DNA of 64,000 nucleotides from Pirellulales bacterium (GTDB lineage Bacteria > Planctomycetota > Planctomycetia > Pirellulales > PALSA-1355). Positions 8,649 through 18,358 of the stretch are shown piece after piece. Positions within the stretch are counted from its first letter, which is position 1. Every line of letters starts with the position of its first letter. The stretch lies in assembly GCA_963733035.1 (NCBI GenBank), contig CAVTBU010000006.1, forward strand, positions 448,001 through 512,000. Reading direction: 5' to 3'. The translations under genes and the position numbers were made by a program. The notes under the pieces are model-generated. The model searched no databases, was not told the DNA's origin, and saw nothing but the letters and a program-made list of their open reading frames with translations.

Positions 8649-10255
8649 AACTCACCGCCACTTGGAATCGCGAAGGCATTCGCACCGATGCCTGGGCCGA
8701 ACTTGCCTTGCATCTCAGGGCTTGCGTGGCTCGCCGCGTGCGCTGTGAGGGGCGCGACAACCTGCCGCTGCTCGACTGGGGCCGCCGCTACCTGCCGCAC
8801 TATTTCCAAAAGCCCCCCTCGGGCATGCACCAATGGCTGGCCGAACGGCTGGATACGATGACCACCGAGCGCGGCACGAAGCTCAATGCCATTGGGCCGC
8901 GCGGTGGTGCCAAAAGCACGATCGGCACGTTGACCTACGCCCTCCGTGCGGCCGTCGAAGGCTGGGAGCCCTACATTTGGATCGTCTCCGATACCAAACA
9001 GCAAGCGCGCGGACATCTGGAGAACCTCAAGCTCGAACTGACGACCAATAAACTGCTCGCCGACGACTATCCCGCGTCCACCGGCAAGGGTTCCACCTGG
9101 CGCGTCAACGTGGTTCGCCTGAACAACGGGGTCACGATCGAAGCCTTGGGCACGGGCCAGCGTCTGCGCGGAAAACGAAGCGGTGCCAATCGTCCGACGC
9201 TTATCGTGTGCGATGACTTGCAGAATGACGATCACATGCGCTCGGCTATGGCACGCGAGAACTCGTTGCGGTGGTTCGAAGGCGCGTTGCTCAAGTCTGG
9301 CACGCCGCAGACGAACGTCGTCAACCTGGCCACGGCACTCCACCGCGATGCCCTGGCGCTCAAGCTCGATCGCACGCCCGGTTGGACATCGCAAGTGTTC
9401 CAGGCAATCCGCCGCTGGCCCGACAACATGAGCCTGTGGCATGAGTGGGAGCGGATCTACTGCAATCTGGAAGGTGGAGATTCGCCAGCCGCCGCGCGTG
9501 CGTTCTACGAGCGCAACCGCACGGCCATGGACGAGGGGGCCGAATTGTTGTGGCCCGAACTCGAAGACCTCTACACGCTGATGCGGATGCGGGTGGAAGG
9601 TGGACGTACCGCGTTCGAGCGCGAGAAGCAGGGTTCACCACTCAGTCCCGACGCCTGCGAGTGGCCGGCCGACTACTTCGACGAGCACGTGTGGTTCGAC
9701 CGGTGGCCCAGCGACTTGAGGCTCAAAGTCATGGCGCTCGACCCGAGCAAGGGGCGCGACTCCCGGCGGGGCGACTACTCGGCCTTCGTGCTGCTGGGCG
9801 TGGACCGCGACGGGGTGCTCTACGTCGACGCGGACCTCGCGCGACGCCCGACGCCCGAGATGGTGGCCACCGGCGTCGAACTCTGCCGGGTATTTCGTCC
9901 GGACGCGTTTGGCGTCGAGACTAATCAGTTCCAGGAATTGTTGTCCGACGAGTTCGCCGCGGAGTTTCAGCGACAGGAAATGGTCGACGTGCATCCCTGG
10001 GGCATCGACAACCGGGTGAACAAGCCCGTGCGGATCCGGCGGCTTGGCCCCTTTCTCTCGAGTCGCAGGCTGCGATTCAAGAGCGACTCACCGGGTACGC
10101 GACTGCTGCTCGAACAGCTGCAGGAATTTCCGGCCGCCGATCATGACGACGGACCCGACGCGCTGGAGATGGCAATCCGACTGGCGGGAGAACTCCTGGG
10201 CGGTACGGCAGTGGGCGACAGCCTGGGCGATCGGATACCCGTGGGGGCGGGGTAG
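8645..10255 (+). CDS. terL: Terminase large subunit
   Basis: Walker A PRGGAKST, LRG..GANRP, Walker B IVCDD; RNase H-like LDPS..DYSA..HDDGPDALE; intact 536 aa. Confidence 0.92.
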   Translation: MKLTATWNREGIRTDAWAELALHLRACVARRVRCEGRDNLPLLDWGRRYLPHYFQKPPSGMHQWLAERLDTMTTERGTKLNAIGPRGGAKSTIGTLTYALRAAVEGWEPYIWIVSDTKQQARGHLENLKLELTTNKLLADDYPASTGKGSTWRVNVVRLNNGVTIEALGTGQRLRGKRSGANRPTLIVCDDLQNDDHMRSAMARENSLRWFEGALLKSGTPQTNVVNLATALHRDALALKLDRTPGWTSQVFQAIRRWPDNMSLWHEWERIYCNLEGGDSPAAARAFYERNRTAMDEGAELLWPELEDLYTLMRMRVEGGRTAFEREKQGSPLSPDACEWPADYFDEHVWFDRWPSDLRLKVMALDPSKGRDSRRGDYSAFVLLGVDRDGVLYVDADLARRPTPEMVATGVELCRVFRPDAFGVETNQFQELLSDEFAAEFQRQEMVDVHPWGIDNRVNKPVRIRRLGPFLSSRRLRFKSDSPGTRLLLEQLQEFPAADHDDGPDALEMAIRLAGELLGGTAVGDSLGDRIPVGAG

Positions 10256-10333
10256 GGGGATGGCAAAAGTCAGAGGGATGAAGGAGGAGAGATACGGAAT
10301 TACTCGCCTTGAAGTCAAGATCATGAGGAGTTT

Positions 10334-11811
10334 GTGATGAGTAGCAACGGCGTAGTGGAACGTGACGTATCCGAGCGGTTGAACCGTCGATTGGCCGAGG
10401 CCTGGCAAAGTCTGTGGGATAACTTTGTCGATCCGCGAGAGTCGCTCTCTGATGATGGCGGCGATTGGATCGAGCTGGGAGCCGGTGGCGGAGCGACCAC
10501 GGCATCGTTGCCCTTCGGCAATGAGCAGGAGCTTCGTGAGATCCGCACGCAGTGCCGGGCTCTTGCGGTCGGAAACGAGTTCGCGATCAACGGACACGAG
10601 AACCGCATCAGCTTTCTGGTAGGCGCGGGACATACGTATCGCGCTGCTGTGAAGAAGGGGCGGGCGGCTTCCGACGAGTTGGCGAGCCGCGTGCAGGAGG
10701 TGTTGGATCGGTTCATTGCCGAAAACCGGTGGCACCGCCGCCAGCAGGAGATTGTCCGCCGCTACGATCGCGACGGAGAAGTGTTTCTACGTCTGTTCGC
10801 CACGGACGATGGCCAGACGCGTGTTCGTTTCGTCGAGCCTGGGCAGGTGGCCACGCCCAAGGAACTGGTAGGCGACGCGTCTGCGAGCTTCGGCATTCAA
10901 ACTGAGCCCGATGACGTGGAGACGCCCCTGTACTACTACATCGACGGCCGGCCGGTCGACGCTGCCGACGTGCAGCATCGCAAGGCAAACGCCGACGCGA
11001 ACGTCAAACGCGGGTTGCCCCTGTTCTATCCCGTGCGAAAGAACTTGCGACGCGCCGAGAAGCTGCTGCGCAACATGAGCGTCGTGGCAGAGATTCAGTC
11101 GGCGATCGCGTTGGTCAGAAAACATCGCGGCGCAACGCGTGCCAGCGTGCAGCAGTTCGCTTCGTCACAGGCCGACGTCAGCGTCACGTCGCCGGCGACC
11201 GGCCAGACGACCAACTATCGCCGGTTCGGACCGGGCACCATTCTCGACAGCCACGGTGGAATCGAATACGACTTTCCGACCGCGGGGCTCGACGCCGGCA
11301 ACTTCGTGACGATCTTGCAGGCCGAGCTCGCGCGATTGCCAGCCGACTGGTGATGCCTGAGTTCATGCTTACGTCGGATGCTTCGAACTCCAACTATGCT
11401 TCGACGATGGTGGCCGAGGGGCCGGCGATGCGGATGTTTGCCCGCTCGCAGGCCGAACTGGTGCACGACGACTTGTGCGTGATGCACCGCGTGCTGGAGA
11501 ACGCCGTGATCGCCGGTCTGTTGCCGCGTGAAGCGCTGACGCAAATCGAAATTCAGGCCGCACCGCCAACGCTGGCCGTTCGCGACCCGCTAGAAGAAGC
11601 GCAGGCGTTTCGCATCGAGTTCGAATCCGGCATTCTCTCGCCGCAAACTTGGAGCCAGCGGCGAGGCCTGGACTACGACCAGGAACAGACCAACTGGCGG
11701 CAAGCAAGGGACCGCGCCGCGCATGCTCCCGCGCCGCGAAAAAAAATTCCGCGACCGGCGAAAATGGAAATTGAAATCGGGCCAGCACTCCGGGTAACTT
11801 CGGAATCATGA
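10334..11811 (+). CDS. Portal protein (-1 frameshift ~11330; true C-terminus uncertain)
   Basis: Follows TerL; RDGEVFLR, RGLP, then DASNSNYAS and DPLEEA..GILSPQT in the next frame, typical of portal proteins. Confidence 0.85.
11771..11800 (+). promoter_or_regulatory. Putative promoter P2 (TTGAAA-N18-TAACTT) with upstream A-tracts; probably leaderless
   Basis: 16-bp identity with P1; the -10 ends at 11800 and the ATG is at 11808; no Shine-Dalgarno. Confidence 0.6.
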
Positions 11812-11990
11812 CAAGCAAACGGCATTCATCCGCAAACCAAACCAAAGTCGCCCGCGTGCGAGCCGCCTGTGACCAGCTGCTCGACGAAGTGCTGCGGGAA
11901 GGTTTTCACGGGGCTGCCAAAGTGGAGCTGATCATCGCCGACGGCACGATCCAGCGGATCAGCCGCACGGTGGAACGAATCGACAAGTAG
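11808..11990 (+). CDS. 60-aa small protein, YezD/DUF2292-like (candidate antiterminator)
   Basis: Helix-GFHG-strand-DG-strand pattern (EGFHGAAKVELIIADGTIQRISRTVE) resembles DUF2292 by eye; lies directly upstream of RNA leader copy 2. Confidence 0.6.
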   Translation: MTSKRHSSANQTKVARVRAACDQLLDEVLREGFHGAAKVELIIADGTIQRISRTVERIDK

Positions 11991-12039
11991 CACGAGCGGA
12001 ACGGGGGAGCGTGGAAACGCTGCCGGCCATTCGTGCGAA

Positions 12040-12119
12040 GGGTATCTCGACGAGCCTGCCAGGGGCGGGTTTCATTGCGGGCCCATTTGCCGGTGCATCC
12101 GGCAGATGGGCCTTTTTTT
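12040..12119 (+). ncRNA. Structured leader/attenuator copy 2
   Basis: GGGTATC-tcgac-GAGCC; CCTGCC-agg-GGCGGG; GGCCCATTTGCCGG-tgcat-CCGGCAGATGGGCC-T7, upstream of ATG 12142. Confidence 0.7.
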
Positions 12120-12141
12120 GTCTGACAAGGAAACCAAAACG

Positions 12142-13091
12142 ATGGACGAAAACTTGCAAGAGTTCGTAAGTTCGCGGGGCGTCGCGGTGCGGGTCGATCG
12201 CAACCTGGGTGTCATTCGCGGCGTCAAGTTACTGGGGCTCGAATCGCGCAACGGACGCCGCTATCTACCCGCCGCGCTGGCCCAGGCGGCTGCGCTCTAC
12301 GAGGGAGCCAAGGTCAACGTCAACCATCCCAAGGGAAGCCCGTTGGCGGCCCGCGACTATCAGGACCGGCTCGGGTCGATTCGCAGCGTGCGCAGTGCCG
12401 CCGACGGCCTGTTTGGCGACTTGCATTTCAATCCGAAACACGCCCTGGCCGAGCAGCTTGCCTGGGATGCCGAACAGCGCCGGAGAATGTCGGCTTTTCG
12501 CATAACGTCGAAGCCCGCACCGTGCGTCAGGATGGCCGCACGATCGTCGAGGCGATCCTGAAGGTGCAAAGCGTCGATCTGGTGGCCGATCCGGCGACGA
12601 CACACGGTTTGTACGAGGGTCTTGCGCCCGGCGAGGGGGCTTCGACACCGATCACGCTCTCAACAGCAACGCTGGAAGTGCTGCGCGCCGCTCGGCCCGA
12701 CCTGGTCGACGCCGTGCGCGCCGAAACGGCCGCCGAGCTGGTCAGCCTTCGCGAGCACGTCGTTCGCTTGCAGGGCGAAATCGAAGTTCGCCGGCGGCGC
12801 GAAACGGCGCAATCGTTGTTGCGGGAGTACCGACTTCCGGATCCCTCCCTGGCCGAGGCCGCCGCGCGACCGTTGGTCAGCGAGCAGTTCCTGGAAACCG
12901 TGCTGGCTGCGGCCGACGAATCGGCCATGCGACGGTTGGTCGAAGAGCGCGCCCAGCTAATCGCCGCGGCGCGGCTGTGCGAAGGCGAATCGTATCGCGG
13001 CGGCACGCGACCCGTTTCGCGCGAACAGCAGTGGAGCGAGCCGCGCACGCCAGCGCTCGATGCCCGTAGCTTCGCCCGCGCGATTTCCTGA
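12142..13091 (+). CDS. Prohead protease/scaffold (-1 frameshift ~12475)
   Basis: S.NGRRY, VNVNHP, GFSHN(V), SVDLVADPATT.GL; helical scaffold-like C-terminus. Confidence 0.8.
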
Positions 13092-13150
13092 CGCAATTGT
13101 CCAATCAAAATTCCACCTACTCACACGTTTACTCAACGGAGAATCCACAA

Positions 13151-13627
13151 ATGGCCAACACGATGCGCTGGAGATACGGAGAAACCAATCCGGTTGTGCT
13201 GCCAATCGCCGCGGCGACGGTAATTGAGATCGGCGACCTGGTGTACTTGGATACGACGGCCAAGCCGGCCGGCGACCTTCCTTACGGGGCGAGCCTGGCC
13301 GCGACCCAGGAATCGTTCCACGACACGTTCGTGGGCGTGGCGATGCAGCAGTCGCGCACCGGCGATACCGCCGAGATCCGCGTGGCGACGACCGGCGTGT
13401 TTGAGTTTGTCTGTGCGTCGGCCACGTTCGAAGTTGGCGCCCGCATCGGAGCCGACGACAACGCCGGCGCCAGCGCGCTGGTCAACCAACAGGTGATCGC
13501 CGTCAACACGGCCAATCCCGAGCTGTCGATCGGCTACTGCGCCAAGCGCGTCAACCCGGCCGCCACTTCGGTGCTGGTCGACATCGTCGGCACGCTCACT
13601 CACGCCGGACCGCAGGCTGTCGCTTGA
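13151..13627 (+). CDS. Capsid decoration/cement protein
   Basis: IEIGDLV, FVGVA and IRVATTGVFEF pattern; located between the protease and MCP. Confidence 0.65.
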   Translation: MANTMRWRYGETNPVVLPIAAATVIEIGDLVYLDTTAKPAGDLPYGASLAATQESFHDTFVGVAMQQSRTGDTAEIRVATTGVFEFVCASATFEVGARIGADDNAGASALVNQQVIAVNTANPELSIGYCAKRVNPAATSVLVDIVGTLTHAGPQAVA

Positions 13628-13688
13628 GGCGAGGCCGAGGCCGGACAATTTCGGAACGATCTTTCACTCTAGGCAGGAGATACACGAC

Positions 13689-14850
13689 GTGATCAAGATT
13701 AGCGAACTCAAACGCCGCTACGAACTTGACGGTCCGCGGCAGACGATCGCCCACCTGACCGAAGCGCTGCAGCAAGGCCATCTGCGGGCGGAAGATTTCA
13801 GCATTCGCGATCTGGCCGAAGGCCTGGTACCCGACGGCCACGAGTGGGTACGGCTGATGGACCCGCGCAGCGGCGGCAGCGTGCGGTGCTTGAAGCCGGC
13901 GAGGGCGTCGATGCGACGGCCTTTTTGAACATCACCGGCCAGGTCATTTATCAAAGATCATGGAGGCCTACACGCAGGAAGCGTTCGTCGTCTCGAGGCT
14001 GGTCGACACGATTCCGACGCGCTCGACGGCGAGAAGATTCCTGGGCATTGCCGGCCTGACCGACGGAGGACCACGAGATTCGCCCGGGCATGCCGTATCC
14101 GAGCTCGGCTTCGGCGAGGACTACATCGAAACGCCCTCGACCACCAAGCGCGGGTTCATCGTGCCGGTGACGAAGGAGGCGATCTTCTTCGATCGCACGC
14201 ACCTGGTGCTCAGCCGCGCGGCCGAGGTGGGCGAGATGCTGGGCTTGAACAAGGAGAAGCGATTGATCGACCTGGTGATCGGGGCGACGAACAACTACAA
14301 GTGGAACGGCACGACCTACAACACCTACCAGGCCGGCGACGCGCCGTGGATCAACGTCAACGACCGGCAACGAGCTGGTCGACTGGACCAACGTCGACGC
14401 GGCCGAGCAGCTGTTCGCCGACATCCTCGATCCCAACACGGGCGAGCCGGTGCTGGTCACAGGCCACCACGGTGCTGGTCATGCCGGCCTATCGTCACGC
14501 GGCCCATGCGCGTGTTCAACGCGCTGGAAGTTCGCTTCAATCCGGCGCCTCCGACACCACGACCGCTGGCGGCCAATCCGCTGGTCGAACTACCAGGTGG
14601 ACGAAAGCCGGCTGGCGTACGCCGCGTCATGGCCTCCGGCGCGGCGGCCGACGACGCCAAGAAGTGGTGGTTCATGGGCGATTTCCAGAAGGCGTTCGCC
14701 TACATGGAGAACTGGCCGATCACCGTCACGCAATCGCCGCAGGGCAGCGAGGCCGACTTCAACCAGGACATCGTCGTGCGGTTCAAGGCCAGCGAGCGCG
14801 GAGCGGCCGCCGTGCTCAATCCGCGTTACGTCGTCAAGTGCACGGGCTAG
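13689..14850 (+). CDS. Major capsid protein (several frameshifts)
   Basis: aggag RBS; pieces in three frames join into one protein (F.NITGQ.., KRG.I..VTKEAI..D, VLVMP, WFMGDFQKAFAYMENWP..RFKASERG...PRYVVK); canonical position. Confidence 0.8.
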
Positions 14851-14860
14851 CGACGCGCGG

Positions 14861-14919
14861 GGCGGGCACCGGGGTGCGGCGGGCGGCCAAACACAAGCCG
14901 CCCGCGACCCCGGTTCGTC
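14861..14919 (+). terminator. Long GC hairpin after the capsid gene (terminator or mRNA stabiliser)
   Basis: accggggt..gcgggcggc-caaacacaa-gccgcccgc..accccggt; no clear U-tract. Confidence 0.55.
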
Positions 14920-14958
14920 TGAAATGGACAAGGCGCCTCTTGGGAAAGGACAACTCGC

Positions 14959-15174
14959 ATGAGCAACGCAGAGCAGATCGAAACGATCAAAGCCAACACA
15001 CTCGCGCAGATGGCGGCCGTGTCGGCCGAACGTAAACCGAGCTACACCGAGAACGGTCAGACGTTTGCCTGGACCGAATATCTCGAACACTTGCAGCGTC
15101 GCGTCGACTGGTGCAACCAGCAACTCGCCGCCGAAGAGCCATTTGAAATTCCCACACAAGGATACACGCCATGA
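14959..15174 (+). CDS. Head completion/adaptor protein (gpW-like)
   Basis: 71 aa helix-hairpin-helix with SYTENGQTFAW, immediately after the MCP. Confidence 0.6.
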   Translation: MSNAEQIETIKANTLAQMAAVSAERKPSYTENGQTFAWTEYLEHLQRRVDWCNQQLAAEEPFEIPTQGYTP

Positions 15175-15488
15175 ACTTCGTTCCCGATCTCGTGGACGAT
15201 TGTCTGCTGGTTGACGGCACCGAAACGGTCACCTTGCATTCGAGCAGCACCGTGACAGTGGAAGGGGCCAAACGGGGGCTACTTACCCTGGCCGAAATGG
15301 AGTTTCGCCAGGTCGGTCTGGAATCGACCGATCTGGCCTGGAACCTTCCCGCAATAAACCTGGGCAACATTAATCCACGCCAGGGCGACACGATCGAGGA
15401 CTCCACTGGCGTGAATTGGACAATCCTCGGCGCAACGCACACGCCGCTCACCGGTGTTTGGCGGGTCGTGACGCGCAGGCAGCTGTAA
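15171..15488 (+). CDS. Head-tail joining (head closure) protein
   Basis: 105-aa beta-rich protein with PRQGDTI..G.NWTI; coupled by an ATGA overlap. Confidence 0.6.
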   Translation: MNFVPDLVDDCLLVDGTETVTLHSSSTVTVEGAKRGLLTLAEMEFRQVGLESTDLAWNLPAINLGNINPRQGDTIEDSTGVNWTILGATHTPLTGVWRVVTRRQL

Positions 15489-15569
15489 GGCCCTCGGGTC
15501 CGTCATCGTGAACGTCCACGTTGTTCGTTCCTTCCAACGGATGCGCGGTACATGCCGCGCGATACAAGC

Positions 15570-16084
15570 ATGATCACTATCACAGCAGCCACGCTCGGCG
15601 ACAGTTCGACAATCGCGGCTCTATGGAATGTCAAACGGCTGGACGCCGCCTCGTGTTGGTTTGGCGCCGAGGAAATCGACGACAATTACATTGCGAAGTT
15701 GTTGTCGTCCGGCATGACCCTCGCGTTGCGCGAGTTGATGGCTTGCCTGTCGGGTTTGGCCTCTGGTGTCCATCTGGAAACGAAGCCCGGCTCGTGGCCC
15801 TCGCCGCGGACGACGAGGAAGTGTACTACCGGCTGATGGCCGAGTACTGCCAGTGGGGAACTGCCTCGAATCGACCGACGGGCTTTGCCGAGTTGGGAAC
15901 CGCGGCCACGACCGAGCGCGCACGAATGGATGCCCTTGGCGTGATCACGTACACCGCGATTGGCTTCGAGCCGCTCTTGCCCGGACAAGCGGCCGACCAA
16001 CGGGTTCCGCAACTACTGCGTGCCGAATGCGATCTGACGCTGCTCACCGCGGCTGTCGGTAGTCGGTTGGAGGACCTGTCGTGA
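15570..16084 (+). CDS. GNAT-fold-like protein (-1 frameshift ~15730)
   Basis: ITAATLGD..IAALWN, then DGLPVGFGLW..ARLVAL in the next frame. Confidence 0.45.
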
Positions 16085-17394
16085 GCCAACAACTCGTCCT
16101 GCAACCGGACTCCGCAGCCGGTGTTGACGTCCATATCAGCAGTGGTTCGAACGCAACCGTCAACCTCGGGGGGGCGTCCGTTGCGATCATCGGCACCTCC
16201 CAGGCATCGAAGGCGCTCGCCTTTTACCGACTCCTCTTGCGGTTCGACCTCGCTGCGTTTCCTCCGGGCGCGGTCGTAACCGGCGCGACATTGACGCTCA
16301 CCTCGGCCGCGTCGCTCAATGCGGTTGGGCTCACGTTCTATGCCTATCGTTTGACACAGGATGATTGGACCGAGTTTGGGGCTACCTGGAATGTTTACGA
16401 CGGGGTGCACGCTTGGCAGAACGCAGGTGGCGACGTCACGACGGTGGGAGCCGCTTCGGAAAACCTATCCGCTGGCGACGCCGATCTGGTGTTTGCATCC
16501 TTGGCGGTGCTGGTTGCTGACGCGGTTTCGAATCGGAACGGGGTGCTCGATTTGATGGTGGTGGGTCCCGAAACGAGCGAGTCGAGCTATCTGGCAGTTT
16601 CCACTTCGGACGAGTCCTTGGCCGATCGCCGTCCCAAGTTGACCATCACGTACGCCGCCCCTCCCGGCCTGAGCATCGAAGATCACAGTGACGCCTCGGG
16701 GGCCACGGCCACGATTGTTGCCGTGGATCCGGAGGCCACGACAACGGTACTGGTTCTCGCGTTTGAGGGCGATTTGGGAACCGGAGCGTGGAGCGTCGCC
16801 GGTTCCGTCGAGGGAAACGGCGAGGTGCTGCTGACCCTCTCCCCCGGGCACTACTTTGCTTACGCCGTTTCGAGCATTGGCAGTGTGCGGGTGCCGTCGC
16901 CTGTCGTGTACTTCGTCGTCACCGATGGACTCGAGTCCATCCACACGCGCTGTCTGGCGGCCGTGCAAGCCCGCATACGACTCTTGGGATTGGCGGGTAT
17001 CGACAGCGAGCACGTGCTGATCGAAAAAGTTCCGGCCGGGCGTAATCTGTCGACCGCCATTGGGCTGCCCGCCATCGTGCTCTCTCCGGAACGGGCGGCC
17101 ATGCCGGCCGCCGAGGGAACCAACGGTGCAGACGACGTCCACTACGGCGTGCTGGTGTCGATCTTTGATCGCGACAACCAGGAGCCCTCGCTTGGGGCGA
17201 ACCTCGACCGTCACCTGTTGTGGCGGCAGCAAATCGCCCGGGCATTTCGAAATCAGCGGCTACCGGGTGTGCCGGAAGTCATCAACTCGGAAGTCGAGCC
17301 GGCCGAGGGACTGCTCGACGAGGCGTGGAAACGCGAACTGATGACCACCGCCATGCGGTTGCGGTTTACCAGTCGCGAATCGCGGGGATTTTAA
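16081..17394 (+). CDS. DNRLRE/CBM96-like domain fused to a tail-completion-like C-terminal domain
   Basis: D.HIS..N.G, LLRFDL..P.GA.VT.ATLTL, W.E..ATWN, RPKLTITY; C-terminus LPAIVLSP..YGVLVSI..RQQIARAF directly before the tail tube gene. Confidence 0.65.
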   Translation: MSQQLVLQPDSAAGVDVHISSGSNATVNLGGASVAIIGTSQASKALAFYRLLLRFDLAAFPPGAVVTGATLTLTSAASLNAVGLTFYAYRLTQDDWTEFGATWNVYDGVHAWQNAGGDVTTVGAASENLSAGDADLVFASLAVLVADAVSNRNGVLDLMVVGPETSESSYLAVSTSDESLADRRPKLTITYAAPPGLSIEDHSDASGATATIVAVDPEATTTVLVLAFEGDLGTGAWSVAGSVEGNGEVLLTLSPGHYFAYAVSSIGSVRVPSPVVYFVVTDGLESIHTRCLAAVQARIRLLGLAGIDSEHVLIEKVPAGRNLSTAIGLPAIVLSPERAAMPAAEGTNGADDVHYGVLVSIFDRDNQEPSLGANLDRHLLWRQQIARAFRNQRLPGVPEVINSEVEPAEGLLDEAWKRELMTTAMRLRFTSRESRGF

Positions 17395-17413
17395 ATAGGA
17401 GACAAACCAAACC

Positions 17414-18334
17414 ATGGCACCGACTACGGCCTCGATGGGCTATCAGGCCCGACTGGGCACCAAAAACGAAGCCACTTACGGCACGGCCGTCGCCGTGGAC
17501 GAAGCATTCGTATTTACCAGCGAAAATATTGTCAAGCATGGCGTGATTGTCGAGCGAACGGGACTGCGCGGTACCGCAGCCACCAAGCCGACGATGCTCG
17601 CATCGGACCCTACACGGTGGGCGGCCGGCTGGTGCTGGAGCCCACACCCCAAGACCTTTCCGTTTGGCTGCCACGGATCCTTGGCGCCGCGCCCGACGGT
17701 GCGGACTTCAACCTGGCCGAAACGCTGCCGAGCTTCACGCTCACGATCGATCGCGTGGCCAAGGTGTTCACCTATGCCGGTTGCAAGGTGAATCGCGCCA
17801 CGTTTTCCGGTTCGCAAGGCGGCCTGCTGCAATTGTCTCTCGACATCGTGGCCAAGTCTGAAGTTGTGGCGGCGGCCGGCACGTTCCCATCGCTTTCAAC
17901 GAGCGTCGCCCAACCGTACATCTTTTCCGACCTCGATCTCACATTGGCCTCCACCGCGCGGGAAGTGAAGGAGTTCGAGTTGTCGATCGACAACGGACTG
18001 ATTACCGATCGGTTCATGAACTCGGTGACGATCGTCAGCGCTCCCGAGGGGGACCGCAGCATCATGCTTCGTACGACGCACGCCTGGGCGGCGAGCAACA
18101 CCGATTTGTATGCCCAGGCATTGGCCGGTGCTCCGGGCACGTTGCAACTGACCAACGCGTTGGGCGCGCACCGCCGGCCGGCTATCAGACGACGTTTAGT
18201 TTTGCCACGCTGCAGGTACCCGATCGCAGCCCGAACGTGCCGGGCCGTAACGAGCTGTATCTAAACCTGGAAATGGCCCGCGCCGGATGGGGGCCTCGCC
18301 CGAGCTTTCCGTCACCCACGACGCCACGCCGTAG
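17414..18334 (+). CDS. Tail tube (major tail) protein (frameshifts ~17575, ~18170, ~18280)
   Basis: G..A.LG...E.TYGT N-terminus, LPSFTLTIDR, YAGCKVN, FELSIDNGL; ends ELSVTHDATP*. Confidence 0.72.
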
Positions 18335-18358
18335 TTCTCCCTTCAAGACGGATGAATC

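Noticed and set aside
10256..10333. Purine-rich spacer between terL and portal as a third leader copy
   Set aside because: Lacks the GGGTATC..GAGCC hairpin and the terminator.
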